Shown here one piece after another: positions 1-12,129 of a DNA stretch of 64,000 bases. Origin of the DNA: Somniosus microcephalus (Eukaryota). The position numbers were made by a program, and so were the translations under genes. The stretch's first letter is position 1. Each line of letters starts with the position of its first letter. The notes beneath the pieces were generated by a model. That model saw nothing but the letters and a program-made list of their open reading frames with translations, was not told the DNA's origin and made no database searches. The stretch spans positions 17,298,001 through 17,362,000 of the forward strand of contig CM126212.1 in NCBI GenBank assembly GCA_052327205.1, written 5' to 3'.

Positions 1-1473
1 CCCCCTACGGTTCTAGACCTTGGACTTAGGTGCAGAGAACAGTAGTGCAGAGAAAGAACTCAATAGACCAGGTTGAATAGCACGAAATGGATGCTTTTAT
101 TTTTAAACAGTTTGAAGCATTACAAAATACATGTCATAGGCACAGATTAAAGTTACTACAATCATGCACAAATTTATGAACTTGACTCTATGGAAATGGG
201 GAACACACGGCACATCGAAAAAGGGGAAACACATTACGATTTCCCTTAACTCCCTCCCCTATACCTAAACTAAGTTTCGACCTGGGGAACTTGGGATCAT
301 GCTCACCACTCTCGAAATCGCGAGAAAGGGGGTTCGCAGCCTTTTTGGCACCGCTTTCCGTCGTCACGTGGATTTGGAAACTTCTGGCGCAGTCGATATT
401 CTCTCCTCCCTCGAGGCGGTGGGGTAGACCCAGCCTCGATGAGCGCTCGTTAAGGTTGAGATCCACTAAGTCGATTTGGGTTCATGGAGCAGACCTAGAT
501 GCAGGTTATGCACATGGGAGAATCTTGTGGCATCGATCGCTGGTTCTCCAGAGGGTTTCTTCTCCGTCGGCCTGGGTCGTCGATGATCTCCCGACCCCAG
601 TACCCGGGCCACCCTTGTCGTCTTCTCGTCGTGGCCGAGCCTTGTTTGGCTGAACACCGGCCACGTTGTCCTTTTTTCCGAAACCGTCCGTCTTTAAAAA
701 GACAAAAACGTTTTCATCGATCTGCCGAAGTGGAAGAGGCGCCGATCCGGGCACCGTCCGCCCTTCGTTCGTTCCTCGTAGAAGAAAGTTCTTGAAGAAA
801 TGGAAGCCTGAAGTCGCCCAACAAGAAGCCGTGGCAGTGAAGAAGAAGTTGTTCAAGTAACCCGAAGTCCGAAGTAACTTAGATGGACTTTCAATCCATA
901 GTTATACTCTTTTGGGACAGTCTTATCTCCCGCCAAATCATAGTCCTGTCTTTGTATTAATTTTGGCGGGCAGAAATCTCTGCAGGGGCGCTTTGTCTTG
1001 TAACGGAGCCGGTGATAACTTAAACTGGCCTTCCTGGCCGATAATGTCTTTCAATGTCTTTTGCATTGTCACCGTGGCTCGGTTCGCATATTGATCGGTC
1101 CGGACATTTTCCTTGATGGCTGCTAAACGGTTTTTCCTTTGTACGATAAATGGGTATAAGTGTTTTTACATTGTCCGCCCATATTTTGATGGGCCCCATC
1201 CTGTACTTATAATCCATTGAATATGTATGCTGTTGCTCTGAGTTTCGGTTCCCAGAGACTGGCTTTCGTGGGCTCACTGTCTTCAATCCACAAGCCTGTC
1301 TGGCTTGCAGTAACAGAAATAAAATGGTTCATAAACTGATCACGGGGCCTGGCGGCCATTTTGTATGCCCTTTTATCAAAGGTTTTTCTGTGCAAGCTTA
1401 CTTTGGTCAATAAACAGTCTTAATTTTATCCAGTTTTCTTGCGTGATTTTTGCTGAAAATTGCGAATCTTACA
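1..1473 (-). mobile_element. Probable long LTR (>=1.47 kb, runs off the window edge) of an ERV or LTR retrotransposon
   Basis: Minus strand starts TGTAAG at 1473, directly abutting the 3' tail of a SINE (1474-1525). CpG-rich compared with flanks. AATAAA on the minus strand near 95-100, TATA-like AGTATAA near 902-908, YY1-like AAAATGGCCGCC near 1351-1362. No convincing ORF. The other end and TSD are outside the window. Confidence 0.5.
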
Positions 1474-1529
1474 GGATGCCCGGTGATCGCGAAAGGTGCT
1501 GTATAAATGCAAACTCTATTTGCGGTTAC

Positions 1530-2520
1530 GGTAGAGCAGCGGTTACGTTACTAGACTCAGAATCCAGGGGCCAGGACAAACAGTCCAGAGAATGCAAGTT
1601 CAAATCCCACGACGGCAGTTTGAGAACTTGAGTACAGTTTTAAAAATAAAAAGCTGGTATCAGTAAAAGTGACCATGATTGTCCTAAAAAACCAACTGGA
1701 TGATTAATATCCTTTAGGGAAGGAAACCTTTCCACCATCTACAAGGCACAAGTCAGGAGTGTGATGGAATACTCTCCACTTGCCTGGATGAGTGCAGCTC
1801 CAACAACATTCAGGAAGCTCGACACCATCCAGGACAAAGCAGCCCGCTTGATTGGCACCCCATCTACCACCTTAAACATTCACTCCCTCCACCACCGGCA
1901 TACCGTGGCTGCAGTGTGTACCATCTACAAGATGCACTGCAACAACTCACCAAGACTTCTTTGGCAGCACCTCCCAAACCCGTGACCTCTTCCACCTAGA
2001 TGGGCAAGGGCAGCAGGTGCATGGGAACACCACCACCTCCAAGTTCCCCTCCAAGTCACACACCATCCTGGCTTAGAAATATATCACCGATCCTTCATCG
2101 TCGCTGGGTCAAAATCCTGGAACTCCCTACCTAACAGCACTGTGGGAGTACCTTCACCACACGGACTGCAGCGGTTCAAGGCGGCGGCTCACCACCACCT
2201 TCTCAAGGGCAATTAGGGATGGGCAATAAATGCTGGCCTTGCCAGCGACTCCCACATCCCATAAAAACAAATTTTAAAAAACCTGCCATCCTCAGCAAGC
2301 CTACACGTGACTCCGTTCCCCCACCAACGAGGTCGACTCTTAACTGCCCTTTGAAGTGGCCAAGCAAGCCACTCAGTTGTATCAATCCACTACAAAGAAT
2401 AGCAAGAATAAAACTGGACACACCAGAATCCAGAAGGCCAACCCCCACCTTCCCAGGGCAACTGAGGGGATGGACAATAAATGCTGACCCTGCCAGCGAT
2501 GCCCACGTCCCGATAATGAA
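1530..2520 (+). mobile_element. tRNA-headed SINE (SlmI/MetaSINE-like body) interrupted by a LINE 3' fragment
   Basis: B-box GTTCAAATCC near 1598-1607; body motif ...cctttagggaaggaaacct|gccatcct... is split by the insertion; tail gggcaa..ggatggacaataaatgctg matches the tail of the inserted LINE. Confidence 0.6.
1731..2279 (+). mobile_element. 5'-truncated non-LTR retrotransposon 3' end (RSg-1-like)
   Basis: RT C-terminal peptide IYKAQVRSVMEYSPLAW...HSLHHR; 3' UTR gggcaattagggatgggcaataaatgctgg plus A-rich tail; aaacct on both sides as probable TSD. Confidence 0.7.
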
Positions 2521-2884
2521 TTTAAAGACTAATTTCTATAATGCCACTGTGATTGATGCACAATTATTTATTTTTTTGCAGGTTTTTTTTTTTTTTGGAA
2601 TTTACTAATTGGGTTGAGCAAATCTATCTTCCCTACCCAGCACTGTGTTGAGTTTCAGTAGTATACAATTGAATGATTTCTAAAAGAATAATTGCAGACA
2701 CTTTAGAGCTTGAATTCAGAAAAGCTCATCTACACATCTAAAAAGAGTGGCCGGATAGTCAGAGTTTAACCCACTTTACAAAAAATGTCCTAGAACTTAA
2801 TAAAATGAGTTGACATCTATTGGGGAAACATCAATATTGCACCAAACTTTGTTATTACTGGCAAACTGTGTAATTGTGGTAAAA

Positions 2885-3151
2885 GCATAGAAACTTAGGG
2901 CACAGAAGGAGGCCATTTGGCCAATGTGTCGGCCGACAACGAGCTACCCAGCCCAATCCCACTTTCCAGCTCTTGGTCCGTAGCCCTGTAGATTGCGGTG
3001 CTTCAAGTGCATATCCAAATACTTTTTAAATGCGATGGAAGGTTTCTGCCTCTACCACCCTTTCTGGCAGTGAGTTCCTGAAAGGCAGCAAGTTCCTGAA
3101 AGGGTGATAGAGACGGAAGCCCTCACTGAATTTAAAAAGTACTTGGATATG
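2885..3151 (-). mobile_element. CR1 LINE 3' fragment with internal inversion
   Basis: CR1 tail motif (catagaa..gcacagaaggaggccatt); 3010-3065 and 3096-3151 are diverged inverted copies of each other. Confidence 0.6.
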
Positions 3152-4284
3152 AGGCTAATTCCATTCCCAGCGGCCCATTAAATGGCAGAACATTTGACCA
3201 GATTTACCATTTATGACACAGGTCTCAGGACATTAGCTAGTAGGCATCAGGTAATGAGTTAGTTTCTGTGCTGATTGGTCAGTTGTGTCTCTTGATACAA
3301 CCACTGCCCAGTACCTTTGACTCTAAGACAGTCACTGGACAGTATTTAAAGAGTTCTAATTGGCTGGCTTACTTCCGTCATGTAAAAGGAAGAAACATGA
3401 ATGTTAGCAAACATGTGCATGAAGCCAACAGAACAATGAATATCTACTGGAATAGATTATACCCCCTCATTAAGTAAGAAATAAATTGTGGGGTCTCAGT
3501 AGTTATTTAAATGGTGCAACACTAAAGGCTCAAATTTTATTAAGTATCTGAATCATCACCCTACTTTCATAAAATATAACATTTATCACAAGTAACTATA
3601 ACATTTCTGGGTGGAGAAGAAATCAACTTTAAGGCTCACAATGTAGAAATATGGGCTGATCAAACTAGCTGTAAGCAGGTCAAATTAATAAAAAGCTGTA
3701 GTAGGCTCTGAACGTAACATTTGATTTTGCACATGTCGCTTTAGACGTGAAATATCATTGAAAACAACCAGACTACTGACCAGTTAAGCAAAAACCAAAA
3801 ATATAACACGTTCACAGGGCAAATGATTGATGTTTTCAGCTAGGAATAAAAAAGGTCAAAATTACCATTCTTGTCAAATGGATGAAATGTGTACTGAATC
3901 CACATTACAGCAGCATGCAGGCCAACTCCAGCCCTGACAATGAACACTGCCCCGTTTGCTTCCCTGTTCGTCTAGAGGTGCCTCCAAACACTAACTGATT
4001 TGCTAGACATCCTTTTAGATTGGTCTTGTGGGACATCAAGTCACTTTTGTCAGCGAAGTGGGAGCCAACAGCAGGAACTGATTTAAATTACCCAATTTTA
4101 GGTCGCTTCGTGCAGTTAAGTTGGTCCTCGCTATTATTACCAGATGCAGAAAGATTTTGAAATTTATGCTTCAAAAATGCACAAATAATTAAATGTGGAC
4201 CCTGGTATTCATCATGAAATCTGACAGGAGGGCCAGAAGAATGGACGCTGCTCAACAAAGAATATATATATATATGGGATAATA

Positions 4285-4502
4285 AGGAGTTCAGGAGAAA
4301 CGTCTTTACTCAGAGTGGTGAGAATGTGGAACTCGTGGAGTGGTTGAGGCAAATAGCATAGATGCATTTAAGGGGAAGCTGGAGAAAGCAGAAGGAGGGT
4401 GTATTGATTGGGTGAGATGAAGCAAGGTGGGAGGAGGCTGGTGTGGAGCAGACCAACCCATTGGGCCGAATGGCAGGTTTCTCTGCTGAAAATTCAATGT
4501 AA
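4285..4502 (+). mobile_element. CR1 LINE 3' end fragment
   Basis: RRNVFTQ/RVVRMWNS-type coding remnant followed by the gggccgaatggc hairpin tail. Confidence 0.7.
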
Positions 4503-4743
4503 TTTAAGTTTTTGAGGCTGTTTGGTGCCAACAGTAAAGTTACCCCTGTGACCAGCTTTCTGACTGATAACCAACTGAGCTCTTTCAGAAGTAAATGCAA
4601 GGAAATTGATTATAAACTTTAATCTTCGATATTAGATGCAGGGTTGTGTGGGGGGGGGGAAATGAATGGTTCTCAATATTCTGTTACCAAATATTCTTGA
4701 GTTTCGAGTTAGCAATTTTATTTTCAACTATTAACTATAAAAA

Positions 4744-5418
4744 GGGGGAAAATTGAGTCGTGCCCCCTTTGGGGGGCTAACTTCACCGGGGCACTACTTT
4801 TAGCGCCCCGAAAAAATTAGCACCCCCCCCCAACCCCGCGGCCAAAAATTGAATGGTAGCACCCCAAAAGGGAAGCAGGACGCTACTGGAAGTGCCCCGC
4901 CTCCCTCTTGGGGCACTGCGAGGGAATATTGCAGCGCTATGTGCCACAGTGCCACACACTGCGGTATGTCGCGCCACGGTACTGCAGGCCTTCCTCCCCT
5001 TCTTAAAAGGGAAGGGGCCTTGCGGAGCGCGACCCGCGGCCCAGTTGGACCACCAGGGATCGGCGTGCCGGGAGACGTGCCGGGCTCACGGAGCGCAGCT
5101 GGCTCTCCGCGAGGCGGGGCAGGTGGCCAGCAACAAAAATGGCTGCCTGCCAGCACTTCGCCTTTAATTAGCGCCGCCCCGGCCGCAGGTAGGCCCCCTG
5201 ACCCCGTCGGACATAGAGAGTTGGGCGCTGTGCACGGCGATGACGTCACTGCCGATGGCGCAGTGCCGTGGGGCGCTAACAGTTACCGCCGCCACCAATC
5301 TCCTGCTGAATTTCGCGGGAGGCGTTGGTGGCGCCGCGTCCAGGCGCTAGTTGTTTTGCGCCCCAGTAGCGCCCTCTTAGGGTGCCAACGGGAGGCGCAA
5401 AGCAACAGAATTCCCCCC
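4744..5418. mobile_element. GC-rich non-autonomous PIF/Harbinger-type element (MITE)
   Basis: Ends gggggaaaatt / gaattccccc; GC/CpG-rich block; internal motifs shared with the copies at 33092-33759 and 52708-53447. Confidence 0.6.
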
Positions 5419-6181
5419 CCCACCCCAAGACTTTTATTCAATTAAGGCTAAAAACGTTACCTCGGTATATTTGCTAACAACTGTTTTGTAATAAGACTTA
5501 ATACGTGAAGAATGGTGGAATAAATTGATTTAGCAGTTTGCACAATGGAGTGGTATGATGCATGTTGACACCCATGATTCTCTAGATGGTGAGTTTCCTA
5601 TCCTGCCCACACTTTCATGTGAAGATGCCAAGCAGAGGCTGTCGCTACACAGAATGGAAGGACATTTACGTGTTACTCCTTGGCCACTGCTGCCCACAGC
5701 ACAATTGTAAGGTAATAAATGCACAGTTGATACAATGGATGTGTTATATTCTGCACGTGATAATACCATATTACTGGGTAAAAGAAATCTCATACACGAT
5801 AACTTGACTTCTATTTCTCCTTCCCCATTTGAATACCATAAATATGCTTTACTCAAGTGCTTCTGCACTTACAACCTGTTTTGTAACTAAAGCACTAAGA
5901 ATGACTTAAAATGTATCTATTACTTTTCTGTGTTTACAACAGAGTCGCAACCTTGCAAAAAATGACTATTTGGCAGCAAGACAATCCATGGATTTAGTGT
6001 CTATATTTAGGGAGCACCAGGTAGCTCAGATCATTGAGTGTTGGCATCAGGACATCCTCGGTTCAAATCCTGGGAGGGGTCACTCAGCATATCACTTCAA
6101 GGTGCAATAAAATGAGCATCATGTCATGGAAATAGGACACTGTCTACAGTGCCCATCAGTCTACCAGTATCTGTCATTGGG

Positions 6182-6460
6182 CAACAACAACTTGCATTTA
6201 TATAGCACCTTTAACATAGTAAAACATCCCAAGGCGCTTCACAGGGGTGTTATCAAACAAAATTTGACAGAGCCAGATAAAGAGATTAGGACAGGTGACC
6301 AAAAGCTTGGTCAAAGAGACAGGTTTTAAGGAGCGTCTTAAAAGGAGGCGAGAGAGGTAAAGAGGCGGAGAGGTTTAGTGAGGAAATTCCAGAGCTTAGG
6401 GCCCAGGCAGCTGAAGGCACGGCCGCCAATGGTGGAGCAATTAAAATCGGGGATGCGCAA
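6182..6460 (-). mobile_element. L2 LINE 3' end
   Basis: Tail aacaacaacttgcatttatatagc; minus strand encodes IGGRAFSCLGPKLWNS, the L2 ORF2 C-terminus. Confidence 0.75.
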
Positions 6461-7486
6461 ACTGGGGACACTCCTGGCTGTTAAGAACCACTCCAGAGAG
6501 AGAGAGATGTATTTTGAATCCGGGACTGATTTCTATGCTACTTTCTTTGTCCAACATCACATCTGCAGCATGATCTAACTCTTGCAACATAACAGGAAGT
6601 GCATTAAACCATCCTCTACAATTATAATCCCTCTATTCACACTATTGCTTTTTGAAGCTCACATACTGTACTTCAGAATATATAAATGAGGAAAGCAGAA
6701 AGTTAAGTTTAGTTCACTCGTCACAATTGCGTATTATTATGCTCCATATAAAATGATACAATGCACAAAGGGTTTTCCATACAATAAACTTCAATGTATT
6801 TGCAAGAACATCACAGCTGTTATTTTTTCCAATGTGACTGTTACCATACTGCAACTCCAAGGAGAGAGCAGCCTTTTATTATCCATATAAAACAGAATAA
6901 AATCACTCCCTCAAACTAAGTGTACTTTGAAATAAATATGTATCCTTGGAGTCATTTCATGGCATTAAGCAAATTTGGGGGTTTAAATTATACTTGTATT
7001 TTGTCTGAACCCAAAAGATTATATTAATGCCTTAAAATTAATTCAGAGAACTGCAGCTCATTAAATAAAGGGGAAGAAACAGCCTTATTTGAAGGCGATT
7101 TCAGCCAGTCGGTTTTGAAGGAGTAGAATGGCATGTGTGGGGTCTTTATCACATCATATGCAAGTGATTCAGGTTTCCCGAGATGAGAAAGAGCAGTTAA
7201 TAATTTGGAGGAATGCCCCTTCAACTATTTTAGCAGAAACACACATGATGAAAATCTTCCGTAGGAATCACCTTAAAAAGAAAACATTTGCACAAGGATT
7301 TACAAATATTGATTGCATCAACAGGAAATACAGAGTATATTATTTTTAAAGTAAAGACAGATTGCAAAACAGGCTCATCAGCAAAAATGCACTTTGCAAT
7401 CATGCATTATAGAGTGCACAAGGATGCAGATTCAATGAATAAACAGAACTGGTCTCGGCGGAGCAGATACTTTAAAAACTCAAAAC

Positions 7487-7810
7487 ACTTACCTACGTGT
7501 TTGCTGCATGCACTGTCCTTCCACCCAGCACCCCTGTCCTGGACTTAACCTCAGATTATCAAGACAAGTGTCACAAACTTCTTTAGCCAAGACTCCGGTC
7601 ACATCCCAATTCCCTCCGACCTCCCCTTGCACTCAGTGTTAATTTATGTGCTCGGTGACCGACCCTTCCAACATCGCACCAACTTTTCGCCCCAGCAAAT
7701 TTCTGACCCCACCCCTCTACGGCCATTGGCTGTTGGAAATTACTTTTGTCCAATCAGTAACGACAGTCGGTCCATTTCTAATTTCGGTTGGCTGAGAATT
7801 ATGTCAATCA
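7487..7810 (-). promoter_or_regulatory. Possible CCAAT-box promoter with first-exon splice donor
   Basis: Non-repeat, locally CpG-retaining DNA with clustered CCAAT-like motifs (attggctg ~7725, ccaatca ~7750, ggttggctg ~7785, gtcaatca ~7803). Perfect AG|GTAAGT donor on the minus strand at 7494-7487. Confidence 0.35.
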
Positions 7811-8147
7811 TCAAATAGCAGCTAACTTCTGTTTCGGAATGTACCCATTTGGATGCAACATTCAGGGTTGGTTTTTATTTTCACTCAAGAGTGCTAGTTT
7901 CATATTACTGTTGATAATACGATTAATCAAACATTATATATCTATAATTATCACATTTACCTCATTGGCTCTGTTTTGTGTACTAGGATGAGTAGTGCCT
8001 AGGACTTTATTATGGGGCAAAAAAGATTTACAAGGATGATACCAGAACTGAGAGGTTACAACTATCAGGAAAGATTGAACAGGCTGGGGCTCTTTTCTCT
8101 AGAAAAGAGAGGACTGAGCGGTGACCTGATGGCAATGTTCCCTTTAA

Positions 8148-10625
8148 CATAGTAACATAGAGATAGGAACAGGAGTAGGCCATTCGGCCCTTCGAGCCTG
8201 CTCCGCCATTCAATGAGATCATGGCTGATCCTCGTCTGAGATCATAGCTGATCTTACCAGTTCAGTACCCCGTCCCCGCCTTTTCTCCGTAACCCTTAAT
8301 CCCCTTAGCCTTCAGAAATATATCCAATTCTCTCTTGAAAATATTTATTGAATTAGCCTTCACAGCCCTCTGTGGCAGGGAATTCCACAGGCTCACCACT
8401 CTTTGAGTGAAGAAATTCTTCCTCATCTCTGTTTTAAATGATTTGCCCGCTATTTTTAGACTGTGGCCCCTGGTTCTGTGCTCCCTGGCCATTGGAAACA
8501 TTCTCTCTGAATTCAGCCTGTCCAGGCCTGCCATAATTTTATATGTTTCGATGAGATCCCCTCTCAATCTTCTAAACTCCAGTGAGTACAAGCCCAAACT
8601 ATTTAATCTCTCTTCGTAGGTCATTCCCGCCATTCCAGGTATCAGCCTGGTGAATCGCCGTTGCACTCTTTCCATGGCAAGAACATCCTTCCGCAGATGG
8701 GGCGACCAAAACTGTACACAATACTCCAGATGCGGTCTCACCAGCACCTTGTACAGCTGTAGTAAGGTATCCCTATTCCTATACTCGAACCCCCTTGATA
8801 TGAAGGCCAACATACCATTTGCCTTCTTAATCGCCTGTTGCACCTGCATGCTCTCCTTCAGTGACTGGTGCACAAGAACACCCAGGTCCCTCTGCACTTC
8901 CCCATCTCCCAATCTATTGCCATTTAGATAATAATCTACCCTCCTGTTTTTACCCCCAAAGTGGATAACCTCGCATTTATCCACATTATAGTGCATCTGC
9001 CACGTATCCGCCCATTCCCCCAACCTGTCCAAATCGCACTGTAGCCTCCTGACATCCTCATCAGAGCCCACCCCTCCTCCTAGTTTAGTGTCGTCAGCGA
9101 ATTTGGAAATATTGCATCCAATTCCCTGATCCAGATCATTTATATATATTGTGAACAGCTGGGGTCCCAGGACAGATCCTTGCGGCACCCCGCTGGTCAC
9201 TGCCTGCCACTCTGAAAACGAGCCGTTTATTCCAACTCTCTGTTTTCTATCCGCCAGCCAGTTCTCTATCCACGTTAATACTTTGCCCCCAATCCCATGA
9301 GCCTTAATTTTGCATGACAATCTTTTGTGTGGAACCTTATCGAAGGCTTTCTGGAAGTCAAGGTACACCACATCCACTGGCTCTCCCCCATCTATTTTAC
9401 CAGTTACTTCCTCAAAAAATTCCAGCAGATTAGTCAAACACGATTTACCCTTTGTAAATCCATGTTGACTCTGTCCGATCCTTTCCCCATTTGTCAAGTG
9501 CTCCGCTATTTTATCCTTAATAATGGACTCTAGCATTTTGCCCACAACCGATGTAAGGCTTACTGGTCTATAATTCCCTGCTTTCTCTCTACCCCCCTTT
9601 TTAAATATTGGGGTAACATTAGCTACCCTCCAATCCACGGGTACTGTTCCCGAGTCAATGGAGTTCCGGAAGATGATCCTTAGAGCATCTGCTATCTCCA
9701 GGGCCACCTCCTTAAGTACCCTAGGATGTAGTTTATCAGGCCCCGGGGATTTGTCGGCCTTCAGTCCCCTCAACTTACCCAACACCATATCCCTAGAGAT
9801 ACTAATTTCTGTCAGCTCCTCCCTCTCATTAGTCCCTATGTTTGCCGATATTCCTGGGAGGTTATTTGTGTCCTCCTTTGTGAATACAGAACCAAAGTAT
9901 GAGTTTAATTGGTCTGCCATTTCCTTATTCTCCATTATATATTCTCCCGAATCGGACTGCAGGGGACCGACTTGGGATTTTACCAGTCTTTTCCTCCTGA
10001 TATACCGATAAAAGCTTTTGCAGTCTGTCTTTATTTTTGCTGCAAGTTTACTTTCGTATTCTATTTTCCCCTTCCTGATTAATCCCTTTGTCCTCTTCTG
10101 CTGTATCCTGTACTGCCCCCAATCTTCCGGTCTGGTGCTTTTTTTTGCCAGTTGATATGCCCTTTTTTTAAATTTTATGCTGTCCCTAATTTCCCTCGTT
10201 ATCCACGGTTGAGTCACCTTTTTAGGTTTATTTTTATGCCAAACCGGTATAAACATGTTCTGGAATTCTTCCATTCTATCTTTGAATGCTTGCCATTGTC
10301 TATCCACTGTCAATCCCCCCAGAAACACCACCCAATCAATCTTACCCAATTCCCGTCTCATACCCTCGTAATTCCCTTTATTTAAGTTCTGGACCTTAGT
10401 CTCTGATTCAATTTCCTCACTCTCCATCTCGACTGAGAGCTCGATCATATTATGATCGCTCTGACCCAAGGGGCCTCGTACAAGAAGATTGGTGATAAGT
10501 CCCTTCTCATTGCACAATACCCAGTCTAAAATGGCCTGATCTCGAGTCGGCTCCTCGACATATTGGTCCAGATAACCGTCCCGAAAACATTCCAGGAATT
10601 CCTCCTCCTCAGAATTTTTACTAAT
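8148..10625 (-). mobile_element. 5'-truncated young CR1 LINE
   Basis: Uninterrupted ORF2 remnant plus CR1 3' hairpin and (atagtaac) tail repeats at ~8148-8160. Confidence 0.92.
8262..10517 (-). CDS. CR1 ORF2, endonuclease C-terminus plus reverse transcriptase, N-truncated
   Basis: SDHN (APE), NYRPVSLTS, QHGF, LDFQKAFDKV, GVPQGS, FADD, RPHLEYC motifs; 751 codons with no stop. Confidence 0.9.
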   Translation of the reverse strand: MCNEKGLITNLLVRGPLGQSDHNMIELSVEMESEEIESETKVQNLNKGNYEGMRRELGKIDWVVFLGGLTVDRQWQAFKDRMEEFQNMFIPVWHKNKPKKVTQPWITREIRDSIKFKKRAYQLAKKSTRPEDWGQYRIQQKRTKGLIRKGKIEYESKLAAKIKTDCKSFYRYIRRKRLVKSQVGPLQSDSGEYIMENKEMADQLNSYFGSVFTKEDTNNLPGISANIGTNEREELTEISISRDMVLGKLRGLKADKSPGPDKLHPRVLKEVALEIADALRIIFRNSIDSGTVPVDWRVANVTPIFKKGGREKAGNYRPVSLTSVVGKMLESIIKDKIAEHLTNGERIGQSQHGFTKGKSCLTNLLEFFEEVTGKIDGGEPVDVVYLDFQKAFDKVPHKRLSCKIKAHGIGGKVLTWIENWLADRKQRVGINGSFSEWQAVTSGVPQGSVLGPQLFTIYINDLDQGIGCNISKFADDTKLGGGVGSDEDVRRLQCDLDRLGEWADTWQMHYNVDKCEVIHFGGKNRRVDYYLNGNRLGDGEVQRDLGVLVHQSLKESMQVQQAIKKANGMLAFISRGFEYRNRDTLLQLYKVLVRPHLEYCVQFWSPHLRKDVLAMERVQRRFTRLIPGMAGMTYEERLNSLGLYSLEFRRLRGDLIETYKIMAGLDRLNSERMFPMAREHRTRGHSLKIAGKSFKTEMRKNFFTQRVVSLWNSLPQRAVKANSINIFKRELDIFLKAKGIKGYGEKAGTGY

Positions 10626-11224
10626 TTGGGGTCCCGCACGGCCGGCTCACCAGCTTTTGAATGGAAAAATCGTGCGTGCGCGGAAACTCGAATGGGCCGT
10701 GGAGCCCCTTGAATGGGCTGTGCGTCCCCCCAAAAATTAAAAGGAACATTGCCTGATAGAGGTCTTTAAAATTATGAAGGGTTTCGATAGGGTAGACATA
10801 AAGAAGATGTTTCCACTAGTAGGGGAGTCCAAAACCAGGGGCCATAAATATAAGATGGTCACTAATAAATCCAATAAGGAATTCAGGGGCAACTTCATTA
10901 CCCGGAGAGTGGTGAGAATATGGAACTCGCTACCACATGGAGTACTTGAGGTGAATAGCACAGATGCCTTTAAGGGGAAGCTAGGTAAGCACATGAGGGA
11001 GAAAAGAATAGAAGGAGGCTCGTGTGGAGCACAAACACCGGCAGAGACCAGTGGGCCAAATGATCTGTTTTTGTGCTGTAAATTCTATGTAATTCTCTGT
11101 ATTTCACTCCCTGAGCAGCAGTGAGACTGGGAGAGGTGTGGTTAATGAAGGGGTTAATTGACCATGAATATATCAGTATTTTTTTAGTGTGCAGTTAGCT
11201 TTATAGTTCTTGAAAATCCTTCTT

Positions 11225-11860
11225 CTTTGGAACCGAGGATGACTTGCTTCCACATTAAAAATGAGTTCTCAGGTGACTGGTGAGTCCAATGCGGGACCTA
11301 CAGTCTCTGTCACAGGTGGGGCAGACAGTGGGTGGGGTGCTTGGGTTGACGTGCGCTCCTTGCGCTTGATCCCAGCGAAGAGACTCGAGGTGTTCGGCGC
11401 CTTCCCAGATGCTTCTCCTCCACTTTGTGCGGTCTTGGGCCAGGGATTCCCAGGTGTCAGTGGGGATGTTGCATTTTTTCAAGGAGGCTTTGAGGGTGTC
11501 CTTGAAGCATTTCCTCTGCCCACCTGGGGCTCTCTTGCCATGTCAGAGCTCCGAGTAGAGCACTTGTTTTGGGAGTCTCGTATCGGGCATGCGGACAATG
11601 TGACCCGTCCATCGGAGCTGATCGAGCGTGGCCCATCCATCGGAGCTGATCGAGCGTGGTCAAAGCTTCGATGCTGGGGATGTTGGCCTGAGCGAGAACA
11701 CTGACGTTGGTGCGCCTATCCTGCCAATGGATTTGCAGGATCTTGCGGAGGCAGTGTTGGTGGTACCTCTCCAGTGCTTTGAGGTGCCTGCTGTACATGG
11801 TCCATGTCTCTGAGGCATACAGCAGGGTGGGTATCACTGCTGCTCTGAGAACCTGGGCTT
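11225..11860 (-). mobile_element. RTE/BovB-type LINE 3' fragment, decayed
   Basis: AVIPTLLYASETWT, CLRKILQIHWQD, DRTKWRRSI, CPTCDRDCRSRIGLTSHLRTH (C2H2 tail typical of RTE/BovB); internal ~28-bp duplication at 11609-11659. Confidence 0.85.
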
Positions 11861-12129
11861 GAAAATCCGGTGTACAAGTCATACCTTAATGCATCTCGAA
11901 ATGGAGATTTTATTTCTTTCATTCTGGCATGTGATTTATAATTTGAATTTTTCAACTTATGGAATATTTTATTCATTCAATTCATCAGTGTGAGTGTGGA
12001 TCCGAATGTAATGTAATGTAATAACAACTTGTATTTATGTGGTGCCTTTAAACTAATAAATGCCCCACAGTGTTTCACAAACTGAGTAGGAGAAGGGGGA
12101 GTTAGGACAGATAACCAAAAACATGGTGT

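Larger units (their letters stand above)
8133..10751. mobile_element. Short hAT-type MITE, inserted in an old CR1 fragment and itself interrupted by a younger CR1
   Basis: TIRs caatgttccctttaa / ttaaaaggaacattg; 8-bp TSD cctgatgg / cctgatag; host CR1 sequence resumes at 10752; related copy at 55421-55576. Confidence 0.75.

Noticed and set aside
4783-5445. CpG island with 100-200-aa ORFs (also 33124-33727 and 52698-53517)
   Set aside because: These are multi-copy GC-rich MITEs; the ORFs reflect low stop-codon frequency.
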